Below, one piece after another: positions 1 through 9,554 of a stretch of DNA of 32,000 nucleotides. This DNA comes from Opitutales bacterium (GTDB taxonomy: Bacteria; Verrucomicrobiota; Verrucomicrobiia; Opitutales; UBA9783), in the NCBI GenBank assembly GCA_024407725.1, contig JAKSVZ010000005.1:15402-47401 (forward strand), written 5' to 3'. Below the pieces are notes generated by a model. It searched no databases and was not told the origin of the DNA. It saw only the letters and a program-made list of their open reading frames with translations. Made by a program: the position numbers and the translations under genes. How positions within the stretch are numbered: position 1 is the first letter of the stretch; each line of letters starts with the position of its first letter.

Positions 1-780
1 AGCCTTGATGGACAGGGGCAAGGCAGCAGCGCTCGACATAGAGCTAAAAGCAGTAATAACCGCGGGAATAACATTTTTTAAATAATACAAAAAGGTAGTT
101 AGTTTACCGTGCGATAACACAGCAAATTCAAGCAGCACCAAACCAAAGGATGTAAAGAGAAACACCAACAAAACCGGCAAATAACCCTTAACAATCGCCG
201 TTAACACCCCATCACATTGCAACTTGATAACCGTACCAATGATAAATAAAGGCATAATCGGGATTAAGCACTTGAAAAACAGGGCAGAAAAGCGCTCCAA
301 CACCCATATTAACTTTGATACATGCACCGGAATAATTCCCAAGGCAAACCCCAGGCACACCCCTGATATCAATGCGTAATTGTTGGATACCAAGGGCGAT
401 AATTTAATGGAAAATGCAGGCACCAATTGACTAGCGGTAGTTATGGCAGCCGTTAAATGCCAACTTTTATGCAAAAGTGCTATAGATGCCCAATAAGACA
501 GCCACGTATTGCAGAAATTCGAAAGGCAAATAAGCGGTAAAATCAGCACAATCGACTTCAAGGCTTTCGCGCCCAAACGAACAATCGAAGTAATGATGAG
601 CGAAAAGATAACGAACGGTAAGCAGAAGATTAACCCCTCTTTAATCGCTAAACTAATTGCGTACAGGATAGATTTAATAGAGTAGGGGAGGATAGGTTCG
701 CTTACAATCGATCCAACCAAAGCCACAAAGAAAACCAATGGCATAGGAAAATGCTTGCTCTTACCCCCTTTATCATTCAT
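1..780 (-). CDS. Dicarboxylate/amino acid:cation symporter (DAACS/SDF family), N-terminal 260 codons; the 3' end runs off the window
   Basis: Absent from the ORF track because there is no stop in the window. The reverse complement from the ATG at 780-778 reads MNDKGGKSKHFPMPLVFFVALVGS... and stays open to position 1. It is a polytopic hydrophobic protein ending ...VIPAVITAFSSMSSAAALPLSIKA. That matches the AF(S/T)xxSSxA(T/A)LP signature of GltP/DctA/SstT-type symporters. Confidence 0.7.
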   Translation of the reverse strand, partial: MNDKGGKSKHFPMPLVFFVALVGSIVSEPILPYSIKSILYAISLAIKEGLIFCLPFVIFSLIITSIVRLGAKALKSIVLILPLICLSNFCNTWLSYWASIALLHKSWHLTAAITTASQLVPAFSIKLSPLVSNNYALISGVCLGFALGIIPVHVSKLIWVLERFSALFFKCLIPIMPLFIIGTVIKLQCDGVLTAIVKGYLPVLLVFLFTSFGLVLLEFAVLSHGKLTTFLYYLKNVIPAVITAFSSMSSAAALPLSIKA

Positions 781-810
781 ATTTTCATTTTTATAACTAT
801 CTTATAAGTA

Positions 811-1683
811 ATGGAAAGTAAAAATACCTTTCGTGGATTAAGTTGGTTTTTCTTAAGCTTAATCGTCAGTGTCAGTTTGGATGTACTAACTAAAAAAGCC
901 GGTCAGTCGTTAAGCGGAGCCGAAGTCACCTTTTATCGTTACCTATTTGGGTCGTTGGTGCTCGTTCCGTTTCTGATGCATCAATGGCTACAAAGCGGTT
1001 TTTGCATCACCCCGTATTGGAAAATTCATATTTTCCGTGGACTTTTGTTGTTTGGCGCCATCTGGCTCCGTTGCTACGGATTGCAATATGTGGCCATCAA
1101 TACAGCTGTGGTATTGAATTACGCTGTTCCGTTTTTTACTTTGATATTTTCAGTCCCTTTACTGCATGAACATAGCAGCCGCAGCCGGTGGATAACCACC
1201 CTAATCGCTTTCAGCGGGCTTTTGGTTGTCCTCAACCCAAGCGATATGTCCGGAAAATACGTCAGTATTCTGTTGTTTTCCGCATTCATGTTCTCACTGG
1301 TAGATATTTATAATAAAAAATATATCTGCAAAGAATCCATGATTAATATGCTGTTTTATACCGCCTTATGTGCGTTTATATTCAGCATCTATCCTGCGTA
1401 CAAGAACACAACCTGTACCTTTTTTACAGGGTTATGGAATAACCTATGGGTAATTTTAGGGCTTGGTATCGGAGCAAATTTAATGTTTTATTGTTTATTG
1501 AAAGCATTTTCATACATGGACGCATCAGCCTTAGCACCGTTCCAATACTGTGATTTCATTATTTCAGCGATTATGGGTTATGTCTTCTTCTCGGAAAAAT
1601 TAACCCTACCAACATGCTGCGGGTTTGCCATTATAGCTCCATGCGCATTATTTTTAACCTACAAAGAAAGTAAAAAGAAATGA
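811..1683 (+). CDS. EamA/DMT-superfamily permease (about 10 TM segments); substrate unknown
   Basis: 290-aa very hydrophobic ORF with a two-fold internal EamA-like organisation. Its stop overlaps the metK ATG (ATGA at 1680-1683). Confidence 0.8.
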   Translation: MESKNTFRGLSWFFLSLIVSVSLDVLTKKAGQSLSGAEVTFYRYLFGSLVLVPFLMHQWLQSGFCITPYWKIHIFRGLLLFGAIWLRCYGLQYVAINTAVVLNYAVPFFTLIFSVPLLHEHSSRSRWITTLIAFSGLLVVLNPSDMSGKYVSILLFSAFMFSLVDIYNKKYICKESMINMLFYTALCAFIFSIYPAYKNTTCTFFTGLWNNLWVILGLGIGANLMFYCLLKAFSYMDASALAPFQYCDFIISAIMGYVFFSEKLTLPTCCGFAIIAPCALFLTYKESKKK

Positions 1684-2828
1684 CACAACTTAATCATATG
1701 TCGTCCGAAAGTGTCGGTGAAGGACATCCCGACAAAGTGGCCGATTATATATCTGATTCCATTTTAGATGCCTGTTTGGCGCAGGATCCTGCCTCCCATG
1801 TGGCATGCGAAACCTTGGTTAAATCCAACTGTGTTGTGGTAGCAGGGGAAATTACAACCAACGCTCGTTTTAACACCGAAGAAGTGGTACGTAATGCAAT
1901 TCGCGAAATCGGGTATACTTACCCAGAAATGGCATTCAGTGCAGATAAAGTTTTTGTTCTTAATTTGCTCACAGCACAATCTCAAGAAATCAACAACGCA
2001 GTATCGAAAGACACCGAAGAAATCGGTGCGGGTGATCAAGGGTTTTTCTTCGGATATGCCTGCAATGAAACAGAAGAATTCTTGCCTCTCCCTTATGTAT
2101 TAGCGCATAAGCTTTGCAAAAAATTGTCCGATGAACGTAAACTCAATGGAGTTAAGTGGTTGCGTCCCGATTGCAAATCCATGGTTACCATGGCTTATGA
2201 TGGTTGGAAGCCAGTCGCTATCGAAAATTTAGTTATTTCCACGCAACACAGCGCAGATATTTCCCAACAAGAAATTGCTGCATTTTGCAAAAAAGAAATC
2301 ATTCCAGCAGTTATCCCAAGCCAATACCTAACCAAGGATACCCAATTTTATATCAATTCTAGCGGCAGTTTTGTTTATGGTGGACCCGAAGCAGACTCAG
2401 GGCTTACTGGCCGTAAAATTATTGTAGATACCTATGGCGGTTGGGCGCATCATGGCGGAGGAGCTTTCTCAGGCAAAGATCCTTCTAAGGTAGATCGTTC
2501 GGGCGCTTATTTCTGCCGGTGGGTTGCCAAAAACATTGTCGCAGCTAAATTAGCCGACCGCGTTGAGGTTCGCTTAGCCTATACCATTGGTGGAACCACA
2601 CCCATTAACTACGATTTAACAACCTACGGTACCGAGCATTGCGATCTGCAAAAGCTACAAAAAGCTTTGCCAGAGGTATTTGATGCCCGTCCAGGGGTAT
2701 TTTTAAAACGCCTCAAGATGTTCCAGCCGATCTATCGCAAAACAACACAATTTGGTCACTTCACAAAAGCTGATTTGCCGTGGGAACAGACCGATTGCGT
2801 TGATGCGTTAAAACGCGCCTGCTGCTAA
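1680..2828 (+). CDS. metK: S-adenosylmethionine synthetase
   Basis: Carries [35 protein letters not shown] and [19 protein letters not shown], all hallmark MetK motifs. An alternative start is M7 at 1698. Confidence 0.97.
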   Translation: MTQLNHMSSESVGEGHPDKVADYISDSILDACLAQDPASHVACETLVKSNCVVVAGEITTNARFNTEEVVRNAIREIGYTYPEMAFSADKVFVLNLLTAQSQEINNAVSKDTEEIGAGDQGFFFGYACNETEEFLPLPYVLAHKLCKKLSDERKLNGVKWLRPDCKSMVTMAYDGWKPVAIENLVISTQHSADISQQEIAAFCKKEIIPAVIPSQYLTKDTQFYINSSGSFVYGGPEADSGLTGRKIIVDTYGGWAHHGGGAFSGKDPSKVDRSGAYFCRWVAKNIVAAKLADRVEVRLAYTIGGTTPINYDLTTYGTEHCDLQKLQKALPEVFDARPGVFLKRLKMFQPIYRKTTQFGHFTKADLPWEQTDCVDALKRACC

Positions 2829-2870
2829 CAGCATTCAGGTTAAGTTTTTTGTAGGTTAAAAAAACAACCC

Positions 2871-3260
2871 ATGGGCGTACCGATTGAGCTTTTATCTCAG
2901 TTCCAAAGCCATGTACAAGCATTGGCAAGTACACAGGCTGGAAATTTTATCGATGAGATAAAAGCTCAATTTCCGACCCCAACAGAACCCTTTCTTCATC
3001 GTCTTTGTAGGAAAATCGACATTAAAGGTCAGCTGTTCGTTGCGTACGACGACCTTAAGGATTTACGTCCAACGTCAGATGAACAGCTAGACGATAACAA
3101 TTGGTTGAAAATCATCTGGATTTTAGCCTATTTTGGAGCACAATCAGACACTGGCATCCGTTACAAAGCCATCAATACGCTGCTGAAAGTACGGGATGCG
3201 CATCCAAGTAATCATGCGCTTGTAGAGCAATTGTATGCGTTGATTGAGGCAGAGTTATGA
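2871..3260 (+). CDS. Hypothetical 129-aa soluble protein, no recognisable motif
   Basis: Clean ORF in the co-directional gene run. Its stop overlaps the start of the next gene (ATGA at 3257-3260), implying co-translation. Confidence 0.5.
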   Translation: MGVPIELLSQFQSHVQALASTQAGNFIDEIKAQFPTPTEPFLHRLCRKIDIKGQLFVAYDDLKDLRPTSDEQLDDNNWLKIIWILAYFGAQSDTGIRYKAINTLLKVRDAHPSNHALVEQLYALIEAEL

Positions 3261-4108
3261 AAACGTTAAACTGTACGGTATTACTCTTTGAAAGCCCTAT
3301 AGCGCGCGCTTATTTAGCTGTTATCAAACAGTGCGGATTTCGCGTAAAACGCATCATTAAATGCTTCAATGGAGAACAAAAGTGGAAGTGGATGCCGAAA
3401 AGCTTACGCAATCCGCTTCTATGCACCAAGGATTCCGTACGTAACAACTATTGGCCCAATACATTTCAGCGTAATGGCTTAGCAAAACCGATTATCGATC
3501 GCATCTGCAAATCTTATCAATTACCAACGGATTTTTTTGATATCTTTTTTGCCAACGACCAAAAACTCAGTACCTGCGCCGACGAAGTGCTATACTGCGA
3601 TTGGGGAACGGATGGCTGGAAAAGCGACACGTTATTTCAATTGCTGCAATCGTTCGGGGCAGAAACGTATCTGTTTACCGGTGGCGGCCTTGTAGCGCAT
3701 CGAATTTTAACCTTACCCAATACTGAATTTGTGCATGTGCATCCAGCAGTTTTACCCTATATACGTGGAGCAGACGGCCTCTTATGGTCAACTTTGCTCA
3801 ATGGCAAACCAGGGGCATCTTGCTTCTACATGGTTCCTCAGTTAGACGAAGGGCATCTTATCACAACCGCAGCTTTCGAGCCTGTGCAATTGCCCATGCC
3901 GCAATCCGCTGATTTAAAAACGCTGTATCGATTAATTTTCTCTTTTTACGATCCAGTTATCCGAGCTTTATGTCTTAAAAAGGTGCTGGAACAATTCGGT
4001 ACTTTAAGCCATCTACCGACTCAAGAACAAGAAACGCACTTGGGGATTACTTATCATTTTATGCACCCTTTTCTTCAACAGAAGGTTTTGAACAAAATTT
4101 TTGTATAA
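3257..4108 (+). CDS. Divergent formyltransferase-fold (Fmt/PurN/ArnA N-domain-like) protein
   Basis: The segment FVHVHPAVLPYIRGADGLLWSTLLNGKPGASCFYMVPQLDEGHLI aligns by eye with the formyltransferase core. That core is N-[ILV]-H-[PG]-S-L-L-P-x-x-R-G ... G ... D-x-G, as in Fmt INVHGSLLPRWRGAAPIQ...LDTGDML. The catalytic His and Asp are kept, but the catalytic Asn position is His. Confidence 0.6.
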   Translation: MKTLNCTVLLFESPIARAYLAVIKQCGFRVKRIIKCFNGEQKWKWMPKSLRNPLLCTKDSVRNNYWPNTFQRNGLAKPIIDRICKSYQLPTDFFDIFFANDQKLSTCADEVLYCDWGTDGWKSDTLFQLLQSFGAETYLFTGGGLVAHRILTLPNTEFVHVHPAVLPYIRGADGLLWSTLLNGKPGASCFYMVPQLDEGHLITTAAFEPVQLPMPQSADLKTLYRLIFSFYDPVIRALCLKKVLEQFGTLSHLPTQEQETHLGITYHFMHPFLQQKVLNKIFV

Positions 4109-4175
4109 ATAAACTAAGGTTTGTATCGGTATTTGACGGAATACCAAACGTGCGCTACCCTAAAAAGGTTGTAAT

Positions 4176-4793
4176 ATGAATGCCGATCCAAAATCAAATG
4201 GGAGTAATGATGAGGATCTACAATGGCTAGAACGATTTAAGGCCGGCAATACCCACGCATTTGATTTTATTGTACGCAAGTATCAACGGTGCTTGTATCG
4301 CATTATTTACAACATGGTTAGCAATAAAGAGGATGCGGCGGATATGTTGCAAAACGTATTTATCAAAGCCTTTCAATCCATTGAACAATTCAAAGGAGAA
4401 TCTAATTTCTACACGTGGCTTTATCGTATTGCGATCAACCTTACGCTTAATTTTATCGAAAAGAATAAAAAACGCGCATCAATAGCCCTCGAACCCATAG
4501 CCAATGAGGAAGGAGTCGCGGAATTTTTAAACCTAGATAAAAACGCAAAACCCGGAGACCGAGCGTTATTGTTAAAAGAATTACAGGAAAAATTGAACGA
4601 ATCGCTACAAAATCTGTCTTCTATACATAGAACAGTTATTGTTTTATTTGAAATAGAAGGTTTGAGTCATAAAGAAATTGCACAAATTTTACATTGTACA
4701 GAAGGAACTGTGCGTTCGCGCTTGCATTATGCAAAAGAACAATTAAAACACTCATTATTGCCTTATCTCAAAGATGAATCGGAAACTATTTAA
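4176..4793 (+). CDS. ECF-type RNA polymerase sigma factor (sigma-70 family group IV)
   Basis: Region 2 (FDFIVRKYQRCLYRIIYNMVSNKEDAADMLQNVFIKAF...FYTWLYRIAINLTLNF) and the region 4 HTH (LSHKEIAQILHCTEGTVRSRLHYAKEQL) are both present. The linker between them is unusually long. Confidence 0.9.
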   Translation: MNADPKSNGSNDEDLQWLERFKAGNTHAFDFIVRKYQRCLYRIIYNMVSNKEDAADMLQNVFIKAFQSIEQFKGESNFYTWLYRIAINLTLNFIEKNKKRASIALEPIANEEGVAEFLNLDKNAKPGDRALLLKELQEKLNESLQNLSSIHRTVIVLFEIEGLSHKEIAQILHCTEGTVRSRLHYAKEQLKHSLLPYLKDESETI

Positions 4794-5163
4794 TTTAAGC
4801 CAATTATTACAGTTAAAACGTTACGAAATGCCAACAGAAGCATTTTGGGACGAATTTGATACTCGTTTACAACAACAGTTAGCGTCGGTAACCCCAGCAT
4901 CGATTTCACCTATTCACAATCTGGTTGTATGGATGCGGCGTTTATTCCCCATTACCGCTATCTGCATGGTAATGATTGGAATGCTGTATGCGTTAGGAAT
5001 TCAACATCCTCGTTTTATCTCGTTGAATCAACCAAATATGCTCGCAAGCTGTTTCTATTCATCGGTTGATCAAGTACCGACGTTAAATGATAAGGGAATA
5101 GATAATCTTTTGTGCTCTCAGAAAAAAGTTGCCTCTCTTACCGCTCATGGTTTTCATTTTTAA
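4774..5163 (+). CDS. Putative single-pass membrane anti-sigma factor (non-zinc-finger type)
   Basis: Overlaps the 3' end of the sigma gene by 20 nt. It has a short cytoplasmic N-domain, one TM helix (LFPITAICMVMIGMLYALGI) and an extracytoplasmic tail of about 50 aa ending ...HGFHF. The call rests on position and topology only. Confidence 0.5.
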   Translation: MNRKLFNLSQLLQLKRYEMPTEAFWDEFDTRLQQQLASVTPASISPIHNLVVWMRRLFPITAICMVMIGMLYALGIQHPRFISLNQPNMLASCFYSSVDQVPTLNDKGIDNLLCSQKKVASLTAHGFHF

Positions 5164-5189
5164 TGAAAATTCAATAGAGGTAAAAAGCT

Positions 5190-6152
5190 ATGCGGTTGAT
5201 TAAGAGCATTTTAAGCATTTCTATTGGATTATCCCTAAGCAGCACGCTACTAGCGCACGAAGAGCCAACGTTAGAGCCATCGTCCGCAAAACAATCCCTT
5301 GTTGAATTATTTAATAATTACAGCCCTTGTTGTGTACGTATTCGATGCACCAAAGAGGGAAAACCATGCTTTTTGAGCGGCTTTTTCGTTAGTCCCGATG
5401 GTTATATTTTAACGGCAGTAACCCACGGAAGTGATTTTTACGTTGAAACTGCACTAGGGCAGATCACCACTGCACAAAAAATAGGGGAGGATGAAATCCT
5501 TGCGATTTGCTTACTAAAAGCCAATCTTTCAAAGGAACAAACCGTACCTTATTTCTCATTAATGCAATCGGTACCACCGGTAGCAATAGGCGAAAGTATT
5601 GTCAGTTTGTCCTGTAAATTGGGTCAAGCGGTAGCGCCCCAAAAGGGTTATGTAACCGATATGTGCGACCGTTGCCTAGGGCATGAATTTCCTATCACCT
5701 ATGTGCGTTCAACTTTGGCCATTGAATCGGGAGATAGCGGCGGAGCGGTATTAAACCGACAAGGGAATTTGTGTGGTATGCTGCTGCACGCCATTGAAGG
5801 GACAAGGGAAACCTTTTATGTACCTCAATGGGCCTTAGAACGGATTTATCAAAATCTGCTCATTTTTGGTCACGTAACCCATGGCTATGCGGGCATACAT
5901 GTAGAAACCTGTTGGGATAAACAACAAAACCAAGTATGTTTGCGCATCGTATCGATTGACGCGGGTTCGCCTGGGGAACAGTACAAATTCAAAGTGGGCG
6001 ATATTTTAACCCATCTCAATGGAGTGGAATTGTACACGCTGGAGGATTTAAAGAATTACCTATTTTTAGCTGATCAGGGTGTTTTGTGGTTTACCGTCAT
6101 ACGCGATAATAAGACCCTACAATTACCCTTAAAAATGAGAAAAAATAAATAA
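5190..6152 (+). CDS. Secreted trypsin-like (S1C, DegS/HtrA-like) serine protease with C-terminal PDZ domain
   Basis: Signal peptide MRLIKSILSISIGLSLSSTLLA|HE. DGYILTAVTHG is the His region, DEILAICLLK the Asp region and GDSGGAVLNRQGNLCGM the catalytic Ser. A PDZ-like stretch follows: VSIDAGSPGEQYKFKVGDILTHLNGVELYTLEDL. Confidence 0.85.
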   Translation: MRLIKSILSISIGLSLSSTLLAHEEPTLEPSSAKQSLVELFNNYSPCCVRIRCTKEGKPCFLSGFFVSPDGYILTAVTHGSDFYVETALGQITTAQKIGEDEILAICLLKANLSKEQTVPYFSLMQSVPPVAIGESIVSLSCKLGQAVAPQKGYVTDMCDRCLGHEFPITYVRSTLAIESGDSGGAVLNRQGNLCGMLLHAIEGTRETFYVPQWALERIYQNLLIFGHVTHGYAGIHVETCWDKQQNQVCLRIVSIDAGSPGEQYKFKVGDILTHLNGVELYTLEDLKNYLFLADQGVLWFTVIRDNKTLQLPLKMRKNK

Positions 6153-6155
6153 ATT

Positions 6156-6617
6156 ATGGAGCCCGATCATTTAAAGAAAATTATTCGTTTAATGGTGGAA
6201 GCCGATTTAAGCGAACTATCCATAGAAGACAAAAGCGCTAAAATTAGCCTCAAGCGGGGTACTTGTGTAGCAGTTACTTCTGCCGCCCCATCCATTCCTG
6301 CTGTTCCTGTTCAAGTTTCCAATGTACCAGCATCTACAAACACTCCTGCTGCCTCATCTGCTGAATCTGCTAATACCTTTATCATTAAATCGCCCATGGT
6401 CGGTACATTCTATGCCGCTCCAAATCCTGACGCCAAACCTTACGTTGAAGTAGGATCTACCGTCAATAATGATACGGTGGTATGCGTTCTAGAAGCCATG
6501 AAGGTCATGAATGAAATTTGCGCAGAGTGTTCTGGAAAAATCGTAGAAGTTTTGGCCAAAAACGGGTCAGCAATTGAATACGGTCAGCCCTTATTCAGGG
6601 TACAATTAAAGGCATGA
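6156..6617 (+). CDS. accB: Acetyl-CoA carboxylase biotin carboxyl carrier protein
   Basis: Pro/Ala-rich linker followed by the biotinyl domain with [12 protein letters not shown] (biotinyl-Lys motif). ATGA overlap with accC. Confidence 0.93.
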   Translation: MEPDHLKKIIRLMVEADLSELSIEDKSAKISLKRGTCVAVTSAAPSIPAVPVQVSNVPASTNTPAASSAESANTFIIKSPMVGTFYAAPNPDAKPYVEVGSTVNNDTVVCVLEAMKVMNEICAECSGKIVEVLAKNGSAIEYGQPLFRVQLKA

Positions 6618-8008
6618 TCACTAAAGTTCTTATCGCTAATCGCGGAGAAATCGCATTACGGGCGATACGCGCTTGTAAAGAGTTAGGTATTAAATCCTTA
6701 GCGGTTTACTCCGAAGCCGATCTTCAATCCTTACCCATACAATTAGCCGATGAAGCAATTTGTATTGGAAGTGCTCCTGCGTCCTTAAGCTATTTAAAGC
6801 CCGATCGTATTTTGAGTGCGGCTGCGGTTTGCAATGCGGATGCGGTTTACCCAGGATACGGATTTTTATCTGAAAACGCTACTTTTGCGGAACAATGTAC
6901 TGCAAATGGGATTAAATTTATTGGACCGAGCGCCAAAACCATCAAATGCATGGGAGATAAAGTCATGGCTCGGCAAATGGCTAAAAAGGCTGGCGTTCCG
7001 ATTATCCCCGGCAGCGATACCATCACGGATGAACGCAAAGGGTTGAAAGTCGCCAACAAAATTGGTTATCCGGTGATTATTAAGGCAGCAGGCGGTGGCG
7101 GCGGCAAAGGAATACGGGTTGCCAACAACAACATTACTTTTATTAAAGAATTGCGTGCGGCTCAAATGGAAGCCGAAAAAGCATTCAGTAATCCTGCTGT
7201 TTACATCGAAAAATACATTGAAGATCCGCGGCATATAGAAATTCAAGTGTTAGCGGATTCGTATGGGCATGCAATTCACGTTGGCGAGCGCGATTGTTCT
7301 CTCCAACGCAACCATCAGAAGTTAATTGAAGAAGCACCGTCAACTTTCCTCGATAAAAATTTACGGGAACGTATGGGCAAAGCAGCCATTAAGTTGGTCA
7401 AAAAATGCCAATACGAAGGAGCAGGAACCGTTGAATTCTTGGTCGATAAGCATGGAAATTTCTACTTTATCGAAATGAACACCCGTATTCAGGTGGAACA
7501 TACGGTAACCGAAGAAGCTATGGGGATCGATTTGGTCCAATGGCAGTTGCGCATTGCGAACAAAGAACATTTAACCTTACAGCAAAAAGATATTAAGTGC
7601 ATTAATCATGCGATTGAATGCCGTATTAATGCAGAAGATCCAGACCGTAATTTTGCACCTTGTCCCGGTACCATCACCTTTTATCACGAACCGGGTGGAC
7701 GTGGTATTCGCATCGATTCTCACGTTTATCAGGGGTATAGCATCCCGATGTATTACGATAGTATGATCGGTAAATTGATTGCGATTGGGGCTAACCGTGA
7801 AGAAGCCATTAAACGCATGCAACGCGCTTTGGATGAGTGCATGATTGGGGGAGTAAAAACCTCAATTCCTCTGTGCAAAAAGCTTATTTCAGACCCCGAT
7901 TTTCAAGCAGGCCGCACCCATACGCATTTTATCGAAGCTTTTTTGAAAAAAGCGAATGCGCCTCAACCCGATCAAAAAAACGATAAGGTCAGTAAAAAGA
8001 AGTCGTAA
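6614..8008 (+). CDS. accC: Acetyl-CoA carboxylase biotin carboxylase subunit
   Basis: [23 protein letters not shown], an ATP-grasp Gly-rich loop ([12 protein letters not shown]) and [16 protein letters not shown]. Confidence 0.97.
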   Translation: MITKVLIANRGEIALRAIRACKELGIKSLAVYSEADLQSLPIQLADEAICIGSAPASLSYLKPDRILSAAAVCNADAVYPGYGFLSENATFAEQCTANGIKFIGPSAKTIKCMGDKVMARQMAKKAGVPIIPGSDTITDERKGLKVANKIGYPVIIKAAGGGGGKGIRVANNNITFIKELRAAQMEAEKAFSNPAVYIEKYIEDPRHIEIQVLADSYGHAIHVGERDCSLQRNHQKLIEEAPSTFLDKNLRERMGKAAIKLVKKCQYEGAGTVEFLVDKHGNFYFIEMNTRIQVEHTVTEEAMGIDLVQWQLRIANKEHLTLQQKDIKCINHAIECRINAEDPDRNFAPCPGTITFYHEPGGRGIRIDSHVYQGYSIPMYYDSMIGKLIAIGANREEAIKRMQRALDECMIGGVKTSIPLCKKLISDPDFQAGRTHTHFIEAFLKKANAPQPDQKNDKVSKKKS

Positions 8009-8038
8009 ATGATCCCCAACGCACAAACCGTTTAACCT

Positions 8039-8542
8039 ATGGCATCGATTGAATTACAAGAAGTTTTAAAAACGGTTATGCGTTGTACTTGGGATACTGC
8101 CCATTTTTTAGCGCCGTATTGCTGGCGTTATCGGATGGAACTGGGAATTATCGCCCTTATCCTTTTGTTGGTGCATTGGGTTCGCAAATACCAAAAAGCA
8201 CACGCACCCATTCGTGTATGTTCCAAAGAAGGTGGTGAGTTTTTCGTTAATCGTACCGCTATTTTAAAGCTCATTCGAAATAACATTTCCCAAACAGGTT
8301 TTGGTACCGCCAAACGGGTTCTGTTGAAGGATACAAGGCGCTACGTTGAAGTTCGTTTAACCGTTGTATTAGCGTCCGGACAATCTTTTGAACAAGCATC
8401 TTCTGTTTTTCAAGCTTGCGTTAAAAGCGCTATTATTGGTACGCTAGGTGAAAGCAAACCGTGTCGTATTTCTATCTTTTTAGATAAAATTGAGCCGGCA
8501 CGCGCAAAGGAAGAATCGAATAACGCCAATGGGTGTCAATAA
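8039..8542 (+). CDS. Membrane-anchored Asp23/Gls24-like protein (tentative)
   Basis: N-terminal TM helix (LGIIALILLLVHWV). The following pattern is FFVNRTAILKLIRNNISQT...VEVRLTVVLASGQSFEQASSVFQACVKSAIIGTLGE..CRISIFLDKI. It resembles the alternating beta/helix Asp23 layout (V.V.L.V...G.....V...VQ..V...I....G......V.V..I). The gene sits immediately after accC. Confidence 0.45.
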   Translation: MASIELQEVLKTVMRCTWDTAHFLAPYCWRYRMELGIIALILLLVHWVRKYQKAHAPIRVCSKEGGEFFVNRTAILKLIRNNISQTGFGTAKRVLLKDTRRYVEVRLTVVLASGQSFEQASSVFQACVKSAIIGTLGESKPCRISIFLDKIEPARAKEESNNANGCQ

Positions 8543-9554
8543 AGATTCAATTATTTTAACGGGCGATCGTCCAACCGGCCCATTACATTTAGGTCATTTT
8601 GTCGGGTCTTTGCAAAAGCGGGTCGAATTGCAAAACCAATGCAAGCAGTATATCATGATAGCTGATATGCAGGCCTTAACTGACTACTTTAAGCAACCTG
8701 AAAAGGTAGTGCAAAATGTAACCGAGGTTGTTAAGGATTATCTAGCAGTCGGCATTGACCCTGAAAAAAGCACTATCTTTATTCAATCTCAAATTCCTGA
8801 GTTAACGGAACTAACAACTCTGTTCATGAATTTGGTCACCACCGCGCGTTTGGAACGCAACCCAACCATTAAGGCTGAAATACAACTGCGGCAGTTCGAT
8901 GATTCAATTCCTGCAGGATTTTTATGCTATCCCGTTAGTCAGGCCGCTGATATTACTTTGTTTAACGCGACCCACGTTCCAGCAGGCGAAGACCAAGCGC
9001 CGATGATTGAACAAACCAACGAGTTGGTCAGGCGGTTCAATTATACCTACAACACTGATTGTTTAAACGAGGTCGAGCTGTTGTTAAGCAACACCCCGCG
9101 TTTAATTGGTATCGACGGAAACGCTAAAGCGTCGAAATCCTTAGGCAATGCTATTTTCTTAGGAGATTCCCCAGAAACGGTACACGATAAGATTTTCTCT
9201 ATGTATACCGATCCCAACCACATACGTGTAAATGACCCAGGAAGGGTTGAGGGCAATGTGGTTTTTGCGTACTTGGATGCTTTCCATCCGGATAAGGAGC
9301 AAGTAGCAGAATGGAAAGAGCATTACCAAAAAGGTGGGCTAGGGGATATGTTCCTAAAGAAACAGCTATGCGATGCTGTACAAAACCTATTAACGCCTAT
9401 ACGGGAACGGCGCGCAAGGATTAGCGATGAAGAGGCTTTGGATATCGCTGTAGCTGGAGCTCAAGCCCTAAAGCCAATCGCCCAAAACACCCTCAATAAG
9501 GTAAAAAGTGCAGTCGGGATCTGTTATCATTCGTCCCGAATAAACCCTTTATGA
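8529..9554 (+). CDS. trpS: Tryptophan--tRNA ligase
   Basis: ILTGDRPTGPLHLGHFVG is the HIGH-type motif and KASKSLGN is a KMSKS variant. The start is placed at M14 of the track ORF (8529), which gives a canonical N-terminus. The 8490 start would overlap the upstream gene by 53 nt. Confidence 0.92.
   Translation: MGVNKDSIILTGDRPTGPLHLGHFVGSLQKRVELQNQCKQYIMIADMQALTDYFKQPEKVVQNVTEVVKDYLAVGIDPEKSTIFIQSQIPELTELTTLFMNLVTTARLERNPTIKAEIQLRQFDDSIPAGFLCYPVSQAADITLFNATHVPAGEDQAPMIEQTNELVRRFNYTYNTDCLNEVELLLSNTPRLIGIDGNAKASKSLGNAIFLGDSPETVHDKIFSMYTDPNHIRVNDPGRVEGNVVFAYLDAFHPDKEQVAEWKEHYQKGGLGDMFLKKQLCDAVQNLLTPIRERRARISDEEALDIAVAGAQALKPIAQNTLNKVKSAVGICYHSSRINPL

Noticed and set aside
1188-1196. DnaA-box-like gtggataac (reverse complement gttatccac).
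   Set aside because: It is a single copy inside the EamA coding region with no cluster of boxes and no AT-rich unwinding element. It is not an origin.
4138-4165. ECF-type promoter look-alike GGAATAC-N16-TAAAA upstream of the sigma gene.
   Set aside because: It is only a partial match to the GGAAC/TCAAA-type consensus. It would also place the transcription start about 4 nt from the ATG. This cannot be supported without 5'-end data.
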